This document shows positions 13,244 through 30,951 of a DNA stretch of 64,000 nt, piece after piece. The DNA comes from Eledone cirrhosa (taxonomy: Eukaryota): the NCBI GenBank assembly GCA_964016885.1, contig OZ024740.1:426312001-426376000 (forward strand), in the 5' to 3' direction. Both the position numbers and the translations under genes were made by a program. How positions within the stretch are numbered: position 1 is the stretch's first letter; every line of letters starts with the position of its first letter. The notes beneath the pieces are model-generated. The model saw only the letters and a program-made list of their open reading frames with translations, was not told the origin of the DNA and searched no databases.

Positions 13244-14419
13244 ATACAGACATTTTATTTCAAGGTATATTTTGGTATCACATAATTTCAGCCATGTCTG
13301 CTGTATGTCCTCATTGAGAGATAAATATAAATGTACTAAAATTGTAATAATAAATGTACGTACGATAGACGTGTCGTTGTTCAGAGCAATATTACTTCTT
13401 GTATATAAATGATAATTCCTAGTTTGAATATAATATGTGCGAATCAATGCATTCAGGATCAAAACACTCGATGATCAGTGATTGAACTGATTGAAACATA
13501 GTATATATATCATTATTTCTGCGACATTTTCTTACATCACGACTCAAAATTTGTGACGACAGCACATCCTATATTAAGGCCATTGGCAGCAAAACTGCAA
13601 GACATATATTTCAGTCTAAAAGCAATATCTTTTGCTTCACATGGTCTGCCAAATGCACATTTATGTTAGTTACTATAAAAAATAACCATGGTCTTTCTTT
13701 GTAAGGTCCAAATATAAGGGCTGTAAGTTTCAGAAGAAAATTATAGAAGTATAATAGGTCAGCAGTCCTTGATAAATATTGTTTTGTAAACATCGTGTAT
13801 ATGTGGACAATCTCTCTGATTCTTACAACATGCTGGGAAGATATAGCTAATATAAAGAATGGTGTATTCTTGCGCGGAGATGCTATAAATTAGTTTCTAA
13901 AATAGGGTGAACACCCTTAATAATCGGCTACATATACACGTTATCTATTTAAAGAGTTGTCACGGTCCTTTTCGCTTAATAGTTAAAAACAGCCAGTCGT
14001 AATCTGAGCGATCTGGAGTTCAATTCCTCATAGCGTCCAATAACAACACCTTTTCCCGTCTTTCAAGGGGTTTCAATCTATTTTATAACGTATTCTAAGC
14101 ATCTCCGGGCATGAGCTAAATATTCTTTTTATTAAATATTTTTTTCATTTTTCTTACGGTATATTCATTTCTAGTTATCTTTTTTTTGAAAAGTTTCCGC
14201 CATTACATACGTTAAGACAATTTATACTTTGGTTGTTTCGTCTATAGCGCAACGTTTCAATAGCCAAACCTATCAATTTAAACGTTCGCAGTTTCCAAGA
14301 TAATTTACACAGTGCATATAATTAGGCTTGTTTTCCACAGTATCCAGATTGTTAGATAAGCCATTTCTAAACACTACAAATGCCAACCAGATAGCTCGCT
14401 AGCCAGCAGTCGATGTTCT

Positions 14420-15450
14420 CTTATTTCTTTCTTTCTTTCCTTCGTTCTTTCCTTCTTTCTTCCGTTCTTTCCTTCTTTCTTCCGTTCTTTCATTCTTCTT
14501 CTTCTTCTTCTTCTTCTTCTTCTTCTTCTTCTTCTTCTTCTTCTTCTTCTTCTTCTTCTTCTTCTTCTTCTTCTTCTTCTTGGGTGTTTTCATTCTTACT
14601 ATCATCATCATCATCCTCGTCATCATCATCATCATCAGCAAAATAATCATCATCGTCAAGATGGTGGTGGTGGTCATCATCATCATCATGATCGTAATGG
14701 TGGTGGTGGCGTCCATCCTCATCATCTCTCTCCTTATTGTTATTCTCCGACATTAACCAAGTAATTACATATTTGTCACGTGTGCGATTGGGACATCGTA
14801 TCCTTTCTCAATTAATTCGCTGCCAACAACAGCAACAACACCAAACAATACAACACCACCACCACATACATCGACACCACCAACACCACCAACACCACCA
14901 CCACCATCTACATCGACATCAGCACCACTAGCACCAACATCACCAACATCACCAACACCACCAACACCACCACCACATACATCGGCATCACCACCAGCAC
15001 CACCGCCAACACCACCACCACCACCACCACCACCAACACCACCTCAATCGACATCAAAATCGCCACCACCACCACTACCACAAACACCACCATCATCACC
15101 ACCACCATCATCACCACCACCACCACCAACATATATACATCAACACCAACACCACTACAACCACTACCACCACCACCACCACCACAACCACCACCACCAC
15201 CACCACCACCACCATCACCACCACCAACACCATCACCACCACCACCACCATAACAACCACCACCACCACCACTACAACAACCATCACCACCAACACCAAC
15301 ACCATCACCACCACCACCACCATAACAACCACCAGCACCACTACAACCACCATCACGACCAACACCAACACCATCACCACTACCACCACTACAAACACCA
15401 TCACCTCCACCAGCAACACCACCACCACCATCACAAACACCAGCACCACA
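14420..15450. repeat. (CTTT)n, (TTC)n, (CAT)n and (CAC)n simple repeats leading into the large minisatellite
   Basis: Directly visible. Confidence 0.9.
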
Positions 15451-18400
15451 GGTAACACCAACAGCATCATCATCAGTAACACCAACAACATCATTATCAG
15501 TAACACCAACAACAACATCATCATCAGTAACACCAACAACATCATCATCAGTAACACCAACAACAACATCATCATCAGTAACACCAACAACAACATCATC
15601 ATCAGTAACACCAACAACAACATCATCATCAGTAACACCAACAACAACATCATCATCAGTAACACCAACAACAACATCATCATCAGTAATACCAACAACA
15701 ACATCATCATCAGTAACACCACCAACAACATCACCAGTAACACCAACAACAACAACATCATCAGTAACACCAACAACAACAACATGATCAGTAATACCAA
15801 CAGGAGCATCATCATCATCAGTAACACCAACAACAACAACATCATCAGTAATACCAACAACAACAACATCATCAGTAACACCAACAACAACATCATCATC
15901 ATCAGTAATACCACCAACAACAACAACCTCACCAGTAACACCAACAACAACATCATCATCAGTAACACCAACAACAACATCATCATCAGTAACACCAACA
16001 ACAACATCATCATCAGTAATACCAACAACAACATCATCATCAGTAACACCACCAACAACATCACCAGTAACAACAACAACAACAACATCATCAGTAACAC
16101 CAACAACAACAACATGATCAGTAATACCAACAGGAACATCATCATCATCAGTAACACCAACAACAACATCATCATCAGTAATACCAACAACAACATCATC
16201 ATCAGTAACACCAGCAACAACATCACCAGTAACACCAACAACAACAACATCATCAGTAACACCAACAACAACAACATGATCAGTAATACCAACAACAACA
16301 ACATCATCAGTAACACCAACAACAACATCATCATCATCAGTAATACCACCAACAACAACAACATCATCATTAACACCAACAACAACAACATCATCAGTAA
16401 TACCAACAACAACAACATCATCAGTAACACCAACAACAACATCATCGTCACCAGTAATACCACCAACAACAACAACATCATCATTAACACCAACAACAGC
16501 ATCATCATCAGTAACACCAACAACATCATTATCAGTAACACCAACAACATCATCACCAGTAATACCAACAACAACAACATCATCAGTAACACCAACAACA
16601 ACATCATCATCATCAGTAATACCAAAAACAACATCATCATCAGTAACACCAACAACAACAACATCATCATCAGTAACACCAACAACAACAACATCATCAT
16701 CAGTAACACCAACAACATCATCATCAGTAACACCAACAACAACATCATCATCAGTAACACCAACAACAACATCATCATCAGTAACACCAACAACAACATC
16801 ATCATCAGTAACACCAACAACCACAACATCATCAGTAACACCAACAACAACATCATCATCAGTAACACCAACAACAACAACATCATCAGTAACACCAAAA
16901 CCACAACATCATCAGTAACACCAACAACAACATCATCATCGGTAACACCAACAACAACATCATCATCAGTAACACCAACAACAACAACATCATCAGTAAC
17001 ACCAACAACAACAACATCATCAGTAACACCAACAACAACATCATCATCAGTAACACCAACAACAACAACATCATCAGTAACACCAACAACAACATCATCA
17101 TCGGTAACACCAAAAACCACATCATCATCAGTAACACCAACAACATCATTATCAGTAACACCAACAACCACATCATCATCACCAGTAACACCAACAACAA
17201 CATCATCAGTAACACCAACAACAACATCATCATCAGTAACACCAACAACAACATCATCATCATCAGTAACACCAACAACAACATCATCATCAGTAACACC
17301 AACAAAAACAACATTATCAACATCCAGTAACACCAACAACATCATCATCATCAGTAACACCAACAACGACATCATCATCAGTAACCCCAACAACAACATC
17401 ATCATCAGTAACACCAACAACAACATCATCAGTAATACCAACAACATCTTCAGTAACCCCAACAACAACATCATCATCAGTAACACCAACAACAACATCA
17501 TCAGTAATACCAACAACAACAACAACATCATCAGTAACATCGACGACAACTCATCAGTAACACCAACAACAACAACAACATCATCAGTAACACCAACAAC
17601 AACAACATCATCAGTAACACCAACAACAACATCATCAGTAACACCAACAATAACAACATCATCAGTAGTACCACCAACAACATCATCATCAGTAACACCA
17701 ACATCATCATCATCAGTAACACCAACAACAACAACAACATGATCAGTAACACCAACAACAACATCATCATCAGTAACACCAACAACAACAGCATCATCAT
17801 CAGTAACCCCGACAACAACATCATCATCAGTAACACCAACAACAACATCATCAGTAACACCAACAACAACATCATCATCATCAGTAACACCAACAACATC
17901 ATCATCATCAGTAACACCAACAACAACATGATCAGTAATACCAACAACAACATCATCATCAGTAACACCAACAACAACATCATCACTAACACCAACAACA
18001 ACATCATCATCAGTAACACCAACAACATCATCATCAGTAACACCAACAACAACATCATCATCACCAGTAACACCAACAACAACAACATCATCAGTAACAC
18101 CAACAACAACAACAACATCATCAGTAACACCAACAACATCATCATCATCAGTAACACCAACAACAACATCATCATCAGTAACACCAACAACAACAACATC
18201 ATCATCAGTAACACCAACAACAACATCATCAGTAACACCAACAACATCATCATCATCAGTAACACCAACAACAACAACATCATCAGTAACACCAACAACA
18301 ACATCATCACTAACACCAACAACAACAACATCATCAGTAACACCAACAACAACAACAACATCATCAGTAACACCAACAACATCATCATCATCAGTAACAC

Positions 18401-21400
18401 CAACAACAACATCATCATCAGTAACACCAACAACAACAACAACATCATCACTAACACCAACAACATCATCATCATCAGTAACACCAACAACATCATCATC
18501 ATCAGTAACACCAACAACAACATCATCATCAGTAACACCAACAACAACAACATCATCACTAACACCAACAACATCATCATCATCAGTAACACCAACAACA
18601 TCATCATCATCAGTAACACCAACAACATCATCATCATCAGTAACACCAACAGCAACAACATCATCAGTAACACCAACAACAACATCATCACTAACACCAA
18701 CAACAACAACATCATCAGTAGTACCAACAACAACATCATAATCAGTAACACCAACAACAACATCATCACTAACACCAACAACAACATCATCATCAGTAAC
18801 ACCAACAACAACATGATCAGTAATACCAACAACAACATCATCATCAGTAACACCAACAACAACATCATCACTAACACCAACAACAACATCATCATCAGTA
18901 ACACCAACAACAAAATCATAATCAGTAACACCAACAACAACATCATCACTAACACCAACAACAACATCATCATCAGTAACACCAACAACAACATCATCAG
19001 TAATACCAACAACAACATCATCATCAGTAACACCAACAACAACATCATCACTAACACCAACAACAACATCATCATCAGTAACACCAACAACAACATCATC
19101 ATCAGTAACACCAACAACAACATCATCATCACCAGTAACACCAACAACAACAACATCATCAGTAACACCAACAACAACAACAACATCATCAGTAACACCA
19201 ACAACATCATCATCATCAGTAACACCGACAACAACAACATCATCATCAGTAACACCAACAACAACAACAACATCATCACTAACACCAACAACATCATCAT
19301 CATCAGTAACACCAACAACAACATCCCCAGTAACACCAACAACATCATCATCACCAGTAACACCAACAACAACAACATCATCAGTAAAACCAACAACGAC
19401 AACATCATCAGTAACACCAACAACAACAACATCATCATCAGTAACACCAACAACAACAACATCATCACCAGTAACACCAACAACATCATCATCAGTAATA
19501 CCAACAACATCATCATCATCAGTAACACCAACAACAACATCCCCAGTAACACCAACAACATCCTCATCACCAGTAACACCAACAACAACATCATCATCAG
19601 TAATACCAACAACATCATCATCGTCAGTAACACCAACAACAACATCCCCAGTAACACCAACAACAACATCATCAGTAATACCAACAACAACAACATCGTC
19701 AGTAACACCAACAACAACAACATCATCACCAGTAACACCAACAACAACATCATCAGTAACACCAACAACATCATCATCATCAGTAACACCAACAATAACA
19801 ACATCATCATCAGTAACACCAACAACAACAACATCATCACCAGTAACACCAACAACATCATCATCATCAGTAACACCAACTACAACATCATCAGTAACAC
19901 CAACAACCACAACATCATCAGTAACACCAACAACATCATCATCAGTAACACCAACAACAACAACATCATCGGTAATACCAACACCAACAACATCATCATC
20001 AGTAACACCAACAACAACATCATCGGTAATACCAACACCAACAACAACATCATCAGTAACACCAACAACAACATCATCCCCAGTAACACCAACAACAGCA
20101 TCATCATCACCAGTAACACCAACAACAACATCATCCCCAGTAACACCAACAACAACAACATCATCAGTAACACCAACAACAACAACATCATCATCAGTAA
20201 CACCAACAACAACAACATCATCGGTAATACCAACAACAACAACATCATCATCAGTAACACCAACAACAACAACATCATCAGTAACACCAACAACAACATC
20301 ATCCCCAGTAACACCAGCAGCAACATCATCATCATCAGTAACACCAACAACATCATCCCCAGTAACACCAACAACAACATCATCATCACCAGTAACACCA
20401 ACAACAACATCATCAGTAACACCAACAACGACAACATCATCAGTAACACCAACAGCATCATCATCAGTAACACCAAGAGCAACATCATCATCATCAGTAA
20501 TACCAACAACATCATCATCAGTAACACCAACAACAACATCATCATCATCAGTAACACCAACAACATCATCATCAGTAACACCAACAACATCATCATCAGT
20601 AACACCAACAACAACAACAACAACATCATCAGTAATACCAACAACAACATAATCATCAGTAACACCAACAACATCATCATCATCAGTAACACCAACAACA
20701 TCATAATCAGTAACATCAACAACAACAACATCATCAGTAACACCAATATCATCATCATCAGTAACACCAACAACAACATCATCACCAGTAACACCAACAA
20801 CAACATCATCATCAGTAACACCAACAACAACATCATCATCAGTAACACCAACAACATCATCATCATCAGTAACACCAACAACATCATCATCAGTAACACC
20901 AACAACAACAACATCATCAGTAACACCAACATCATCATCATCAGTAACACCAACAAAAACATCATCACCAGTAACACCAACAACAACAACATCATCATCA
21001 GTAACACCAACAACAACATCATCATCAGTAACACCAACAACAACATCATCATCAGTAACACCAACAACAACATCATCATCAGTAACACCAACAACAACAT
21101 CATCATCAGTAACACCAACAACATCATCATCATCAGTAACACCAACAACAACAACATCATCAGTAACACCAACAACAACATCATCATCAGTAACACCAAC
21201 AACAACATCATCATCAGTAACACCAACAACGACAACATCATCAGTAACACCAACAACATCATGATCAGTAACACCAACAACATCATCATCATCAGTAACA
21301 CCAACAACAACATCATCATCAGTAATACCAACAACATCATCAGTAACACCAACAACAACAACAACGTCATCAGTATCACCAACAACATCATCATCAGTAA

Positions 21401-24400
21401 CACCAACAACCACAACATCATCAGTAACACCAACAACATCATCATCATCAGTAACACCAACAACAACATCATCATCAGTAACACCAAACAACAACATCAT
21501 CATCAGTAACACCAACAACAACAACATCATCATCAGTAACACCAACAACAACAACATCATCATCATCAGTAACACCAACAACATCATCAGTAACACCAAC
21601 AGCAACATCATCATCAGTAACACCAACAACATCATCATCAGTAACACCAACAACATCATCATCATCAGTAACACCAACAACAACATCATCATCAGTAACA
21701 CCAGCAACATCATCATCAGTAACACCAACAGCAACATCATCATCAGTAACACCAACAACAACATCATCATCAGTAACACCAACAACCACAACATCATCAG
21801 TAATACCAACAACATCATCATCAGTAACACCAACAACAACATCATCAGTAACACCAACAACAACATTCATCATCATCAGTAACACCAACAACATCATCAT
21901 CACCAGTAAAACCAACAACAACATCATCAGTAACACCAACAACGACAACATTATCAGTAACACCAACAACATCATCATCAGTAACACCAACAACAACATC
22001 ATCATCATCAGTAACACCAACAACAACAACATCATCAATAGTACCAACAACAACAACATAATCAGTAACACCAACAACAACAACAACACCATCAGTAAGA
22101 CCAACAACAACAACATCATCAGTAACACCAACAACAACAACAACACCATCAGTAAGACCAACAACAACAACATCATCAGTAACACCAACAACAACATCAT
22201 CATCAGTAACACCAACAACAACAACATCATCAGTAACACCAACAGGAACATCATCATCAGTAACACCAACAACAACATCATCATCAGTAACACCAACAAC
22301 AACATCGTCATCAGTAACACCAACAACAACATCATCATCAGTAATACCAACAACAACAACATCATCAGTAACACCAACAACAACAACATCATCAGAAATA
22401 CCAACAACAACATCATCATCAGTAACACCAACATCATCATCATCAGTAACACCAACAACAACATCATCATCAGTAATACCAACAACAACAACATCATCAG
22501 TAACACCAACAACAACAACATCATCAGTAACACCAACGACAACAACATCATCATCATCAGTAACACCAACAACCAGAACATCATCAGTAACACCAACAAC
22601 ATCATCATCAGTAACAACAACATCCACAACATCATCAGTAACACCAACAACATCATCATCATCAGTAACACCAACAACAACATCATCATCAGTAACACCA
22701 AGAACCACATCATCATCAGTAACACCAACATCATCATCATCAGTAACACCAACAACATCATCATCATCAGTAACACCAACAACATCATCATCAGTAACAC
22801 CAACAACAACATCATCAGTAACACCAACAACAACAACATCATCAGTAACACCAACAACAACATCATCACCAGTAAAACCAACAACAACATCATCAGTAAC
22901 ACCAACAACGACAACATCATCAGTAATACCAACAACATCATCATCAGTAACACCAACAACAACATCATCATCATCATCAGTAACACCAACAACATCATCA
23001 TCACCAGTAACACCAACAACCACAACATCACCAGTAACACCAACAACATCATCATCACCAGTAAAACCAACAACAACATCATCAGTAACACCAACAACAA
23101 CATCATCATCAGTAACACCAAAAACCACAACATCATCAGTAATACCAACAACATCATCATCAGTAACACCAACAACAACATCATCAGTAACACCAACAAC
23201 AACATCATCATCATCAGTAACACCAACAACATCATCATCACCAGTAAAACCAACAACAACATCATCAGTAACACCAACAACGACAACATCATCAATAACA
23301 CCAACAACATCATCATCAGTAACACCAACAACAACATCATCATCATCAGTAACACCAACAACAACATCATCATCAGTAACACCAACAACAACATCATCAT
23401 CAGTAACACCAACAACAACATCATCATCAGTAACACCAACAACAACAACATCATCAGTAATACCAACAACAACATCATCACCAGTAACACCAACAACAAC
23501 ATCATCAGTAACACCAACAACAACAACATAATCAGTAACACCAACAACAACAACATCATCAGTAACACCAACAATAACAACATCATCAGTAATACCAACA
23601 ACAACGTCATCATCACTAACACCAACGACAACTCATCAGTAACACCAACAACAACAACATCATCATCAGTAACACCAACAACATCATCATCATCAGTAAC
23701 ACCAACAATAACAACATCATCAGTAACACCAACAACAACATCATCATCATCAGTAACACCAACAACAACAACATCATCAATAGTACCAACAACAACAACA
23801 ACACCATCAGTAAGACCAACAACAACAACATCATCAGTAACACCAACAACAACAACAACACCATCAGTAAGACCAACAACAACAACATCATCAGTAACAC
23901 CAACAACAACATCATCATCAGTAACACCAACAACAACATCATCATCAGTAACACCAACAACAACATCATCATCAGTAATACCAACAACAACAACATCATC
24001 AGTAACACCAACAACAACAACATCATCAGTAATACCAACAACAACATCATCATCAGTAACACCAACATCATCATCATCAGTAACACCAACAACATCATCA
24101 TCAGTAATACCAACAACAACAACATCATCAGTAACACCACCAACAACAACAACATCATCAGTAACACCAACGACAACAACATCATCAGTAACACCAACAT
24201 CATCATCATCAGTAACACCAACAACAACAACATCATCATCAGTAACAACAACAACCACAACATCATCAGTAACACCAACAACATCATCATCATCATTAAC
24301 ACCAACAACAACATCATCATCAGTAACACCAAGAACCACATCATCATCAGTAACACCAACATCATCATGATCAGTAACACCAACAACATCATCATCATCA

Positions 24401-27400
24401 GTAACACCAACAACATCATCATCAGTAACACCAACAACAACATCATCAGTAACACCAACAACAACATCATCATCAGTAACACCAACAACCACAACATCAT
24501 CAGTAATACCAACAACATCATCATCAGTAACACCAACAACAACATCATCATCATCAGTAACACCAACAACAACAACATCACCAGTAAAACCAACAACAAC
24601 ATCATCAGTAACACCAACAACGACAACATCATCAGTAATACCAACAACATCATCATCAGTAACACCAACAACAACATCATCATCATCAGTAACACCAACA
24701 ACATCATCATCACCAGTAACACCAACAACCACAACATCACCAGTAACACCAACAACATCATCATCACCAGTAAAACCAACAACAACATCATCAGTAACAC
24801 CAACAACAACTTCATCATCAGTAACACCAACAACCACAACATCATGAGTAATACCAACAACATCATCATCAGTAACACCAACAACAACATCATCAGTAAC
24901 ACCAACAACAACATCATCATCATCAGTAACACCAACAACATCATCATCACCAGTAAAACCAACAACAACATCATCAGTAGCACCAACAACGACAACATCA
25001 TCAGTAACACCAACAACATCATCATCAGTAACACCAACAACAACATCATCATCATCAGTAACACCAACAACAACAACATCATCAATAGTACCAACAACAA
25101 CAACATAATCAGTAACACCAACAACAACAACAACACCATCAGTAAGACCAACAACAACAACATCATCAGTAACACCAATAACAACAACAATACCATCAGT
25201 AAGACCAACAACAACTTCATCATCAGTAACACCAACAACAACATCACCATCAGTAACACCAACAACAACATCATAATCAGTAATACCAACAACAACAATA
25301 TCATCAGTAACACCAACAACAACAACATCATCAGTAATATCAACAACAACATCATCATCAGTAACACCAACAACATCATCAGTAACACCAACAACAACAA
25401 CACACCATCAGTAAGACCAACAACAACAACATCATCAGTAACACCAACAACAACATCATCATCAGTAACACCAACAACAACAACATCATCAGTAACACCA
25501 ACAGGAACATCATCATCAGTAACACCAACAACAACATCATCATCAGTAACACTAACAACAACATCATAATCAGTAACACCAACAACAACATCATCATCAG
25601 TAATACCAACACAACAACATTATCAGTAACACCAACAACAACAACATCATCATTAATACCAACAACAACATCATCATCAGTAACACCAACATCATCATCA
25701 TCAGTAACACCAACAACAACATCATCATCAGTAATACCAACAACAACAACATCATCAGTAACACCAACAAGAACAACAACATCATCAGTAACACCAACGA
25801 CAAAAACATCATCTGTAACACCAACATCATCATCACCAGTAACACCAACAACCACAACATCATCAGTAACACCAACAACATCATCATCAGTAACAACAAC
25901 AACCACAACATCATCAGTAACACCAACAACATCATCATCATCAGTAACACCAACAACAACATCATCATCAGTAACACCAAGAACCACATCATCATCAGTA
26001 ACACCAACATCATCATGATCAGTAACACCAACAACATCATCATCATCAGTAACACCAACAACATCATCATCAGTAACACCAACAACAACATCATCATTAA
26101 CACCAACAACAACATCATCATCAGTAACACCAACAACAACATCATCATCATCAGTAACACCAACAACAACATCATCACCAGTAAAACCAACAACGACAAC
26201 ATCATCAATAATACCAACAACATCATCATCAGTAACACCAACAACAACATCATCATCATCAGTAACACCAACAACATCATCATCACCAGTAACACCAACA
26301 ACCACAACATCACCAGTAACACCAACAACATCATCATCACCAGTAAAACCAACAACAACATCATCAGTAACACCAACAACAACATCATCATCAGTAACAC
26401 CAACAACCACAACATCATCAGTAATACCAACAACATCATCATCATCAGTAACACCAACAACAACATCATCAGTAACACCAACAACAACATCATCATCATC
26501 AGTAACACCAACAACATCATCATCACCAGTAAAACCAACAACAACATCATCAGTAACACCAACAACGACAACATCATCAGTAACACCAACAACAACATCA
26601 TCATCATCAGTAAGACCAACAACAACATCATCATCAGTAAGACCAACAACAACATCATCATCAGTAACACCAACAACAACATCATCATCAGTAACACCAA
26701 CAACAACATCATCAGTAATACCAACAACATCATCAGTAACACCAACAACAACATCATCATCAGTAACACCAACAACAACAACATCATCAGTAATACCAAC
26801 AACAACATCATCACCAGTAACACCAACAACAACATCATCAGTAACACCAACAACAACAACATCATCAGTAACACCAACAACAACAACATCATCAGTAACA
26901 CCAAAAACAACAACATCATCAGTAACACCAACAACAACATCATCAGTAACACCAACAACAACAACATCATCAGTAACACCAACAACAACAACATCATCAG
27001 TAACACCAACAACAACATCATCATCAGTAACACCAACAACAACATCATCATCAGTAACACCAACAACAACATCATCAGTAACACCAACAACAACAACATC
27101 ATCAGTAACACCAACAACAACATCATCAGTAACACCAACAACAACAACATCATCAGTAACACCAACAACAACAACATCATCAGTAACACCAACAACAACA
27201 TCATCAGTAACCCCAACAACAACAACATCATCAGTAACACCAACAACAACAACATCATCAGTAACACCAACAACAACATCATCATCAGTAACACCAACAA
27301 CAACATCTTCATCAGTAACACCAACAACAACAACATCATCAGTAACACCAACAACAACGACATGATCAGTAATACCAACAGGAACATCATCATCATCAGT

Positions 27401-29560
27401 AACACCAACAACCACATCAACAGTAACACCAACAACATCATCATCATCAGTAACACCAACAACAACAACATCATCAGTAACACCAACAACAACAACATCA
27501 TCAGTAACACCAACAACAACAACATCATCAGTAACACCAACAACAACATCTTCATCAGTAACACCAACAACAACAACATCATCAGTAACACCAACAACAA
27601 CAACAACATCACCAGTAACACCAACAACATCATCATCATCAGTAACACCAACAACATCATCATCAGTAACACCAACAACAACATCATCAGTAACACCAAC
27701 AACAACATCATCATCAGTAACACCAACAACAACAACATCATCAGTAACACCAACAACAACATCATCATCAGTAACACCAACAACATCATCATCATCAGTA
27801 GCACCAACAACAACAACATCATCAGTAACAACAACAACATCATCATCATCAGTAACACCAACAACAAAAACATCATCAGTAACACCAACAACAACATCAT
27901 CATCAGTAACACCAACAACATCATCATCATCAGTAGCACCAACAACAACAACATCATCAGTAACACCAACAACATCATCATCAGTAATACCAACAACAAC
28001 ATCATCATCATCAGTAACACCAACAACATCATCATCATCAGTAACACCAACAACATCATCATCAGTAACACCAACAACAACATCATCAGTAATACCAACA
28101 ACAACATCATCATCAGTAACACCAACAACATCAGTATCAGTAACACCAACAAGATCATCATCAGTAACACCAACAACAACATCATCATCAGTAACACCAA
28201 CAACAACAACAACAACATCAGTAACACCAACAACATCATCATCAGTAACACCAACAACGACATCATCATCAGTAACACCAACAACATCATCATCATCAGT
28301 AACACCAACAACATCATCACCAGTAACACCAACAACATCATCATCAGTAACACCAACAACATCATCATCATCAATAACACCAACAACATCATCATCATCA
28401 ATAACACCAACAACAACAACATCACCAGTAACACCAACAACAACAACAAGAGTAACACCACCAACAACAACATCATCAGTAACACCAACAACAACAACAA
28501 CAGTTACACCAATAACAACAACATCATCAGTAACACCAACAACAACATAATTAGTAACACCAACAACAACAACATCAGTAACACCAACAACATCATCATC
28601 AGTAACACAAACAACAACATCATCAGTAACACCAACAACATCATCATCAGTAACACCAACAACGACATCATCATCAGTAACACCAACAACATCATCACCA
28701 GTAACACCATCAACATCATCATCATCAATAACACCAACAACATCATCATCATCAATAACACCACCAACAACAACATCATCAGTAACACCAACAACAACAA
28801 CATCAGTAACACCAACAACATCATCATCATCAATAACACCAACAACAACAACATCATCAGTAACGTCACCAACAACATCATCAGTTATACCAACACCAAC
28901 ATCATCATCATCAGCAACACCAACAACAACATCATCATCAGTAATACCAACAACAACAACAAGAGTAACACCACCAACAACAACATCATCAGTAACACCA
29001 ACAACAACGTCATCAGTAACACCAACAACATCATCATCATCAGTAACACCAACAACAACAACGTCATCAGTAACACCAACAACAACAACAAGAGTAACAC
29101 CACCAACAACAACATCATCAGTAACACCAACAACAACGTCATCAGTAACACCAACAACATCATCATCATCAGTAACACCAACAACAACATCATCATCAGT
29201 AATACCAACAACAACAACAAGAGTAACACCACCAACAACAACATCATCAGTAACACCAACAACAACGTCATCAGTAACACCAACAACATCATCATCATCA
29301 ATAACACCAACAACAACAACATCATCAGTAACACCAACAACAACAACAAGAGTAACACCACCAACAACAACATCATCAGTAACACCAACAACAACGTCAT
29401 CAGTAACACCAACAACATCATCATCATCAGTAACACCAACAACAACATCATCATCAGTAATACCAACAACAACAACATCATCATCAGTAACACCAACAAC
29501 AACAACATCACCAGTAACACCAACACCAACAGCATCATCAGTAACAACAACAACAGTTTC
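15451..29560. repeat. 14-kb minisatellite, unit CAGTAACAC(CAA)n(CAT)m, mostly 21-33 bp
   Basis: A constant 9-bp core separated by variable CAA and CAT triplet counts, with internal block duplications. Confidence 0.97.
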
Positions 29561-29685
29561 AACATAGATACCAATAACAACAACAATGGTTACATCAACA
29601 ACGAAGAGCAAAAAGAAAAGATAGAGATAACAAAACATGGATATATATATGTTCAATATATATACATGTAGATATATTTGTTCAG

Positions 29686-29716
<31 letters not shown>

Positions 29717-29718
<2 letters not shown>

Positions 29719-30139
29719 TATAATATATAAGAACAAAAGATGGTTAAAAGAGTTCCATGTATTTTATTATGCGCATTTCAAAAACAAATATCATCATGCA
29801 ATAATAGTTGTGTTTTCATCAGATAAAACAGGAAGACATGATATGAAGGTTAAAAAACACTTGTGGATAGTGCAGTTTTAAATCAACATATAAATCAACT
29901 GCACTATCCACAAGTGTTTTTTTAACCTTCATATCATGTCTTCCTGTTTTATCTGATGAAAACACAAATACTATTGCATGATAATATTTGTTTTTGAAAT
30001 GCGCATAATAAAATACATGGAACTCTTTTAACCATCTTTTGTTCTTATATATTATGTATACTCCAGCCCTACAAACTGTAGAGTGCTTCTTATCCGATAT
30101 CTGCATTGCTTTATTGTACTACAATAAAACTCACCTCCT

Positions 30140-30143
<4 letters not shown>
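29717..30143. mobile_element. Fold-back HHR element (family E)
   Basis: Arms 29717-29877 / 29897-30060 and tail 30061-30143, with (TA)n on both sides. Confidence 0.85.
29947..30013 (+). ncRNA. Type-I HHR (mirror copy at 29762-29828 on -)
   Basis: ttttat-CTGATGA-aaacacaaata-loop-tatttgttttt-GAAA-tgcgca-T-A-ataaaa: 6-bp stem I, 10/11-bp stem II, palindromic ATGCGCAT. Confidence 0.8.
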
Positions 30144-30177
<34 letters not shown>

Positions 30178-30183
<6 letters not shown>

Positions 30184-30362
30184 CAAGAAATATGAGTGAC
30201 ATGATTTGCTATACAATCAGAATAGACTGGTTATAACAAAGTATTGGTAATCGATTGGCGAAAAAATCGATTGGCCCTACCAGTTCAGAGAAACAATTGT
30301 CAGCAATATGAATAAAGCCCTTATTGTATAGCAAACTGTGTCACTCTTCTCTCTTGATTTAT
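30178..30362. mobile_element. Fold-back element (family F) with only the 3' half of an HHR
   Basis: Arms 30178-30220 / 30323-30362. GAAA-caattg-T-C at 30290-30301 is preceded by a hairpin, but no CUGANGA box is recognisable. Confidence 0.6.
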
Positions 30363-30372
30363 CATTACTCCT

Positions 30373-30951
<579 letters not shown>

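Noticed and set aside
13970-14040. ggagttcaattcctcatagcg B-box motif, also at ~38611
   Set aside because: No cloverleaf. Probably decayed SINE heads, too short to delimit.
14908-29671. Very long ORFs (up to 2251 aa; VVGVTDDD, ISNTNNN, LLVLLMMM)
   Set aside because: Open in several frames at once only because the triplet satellite lacks stops there. No domain, signal peptide or exon boundary evidence.
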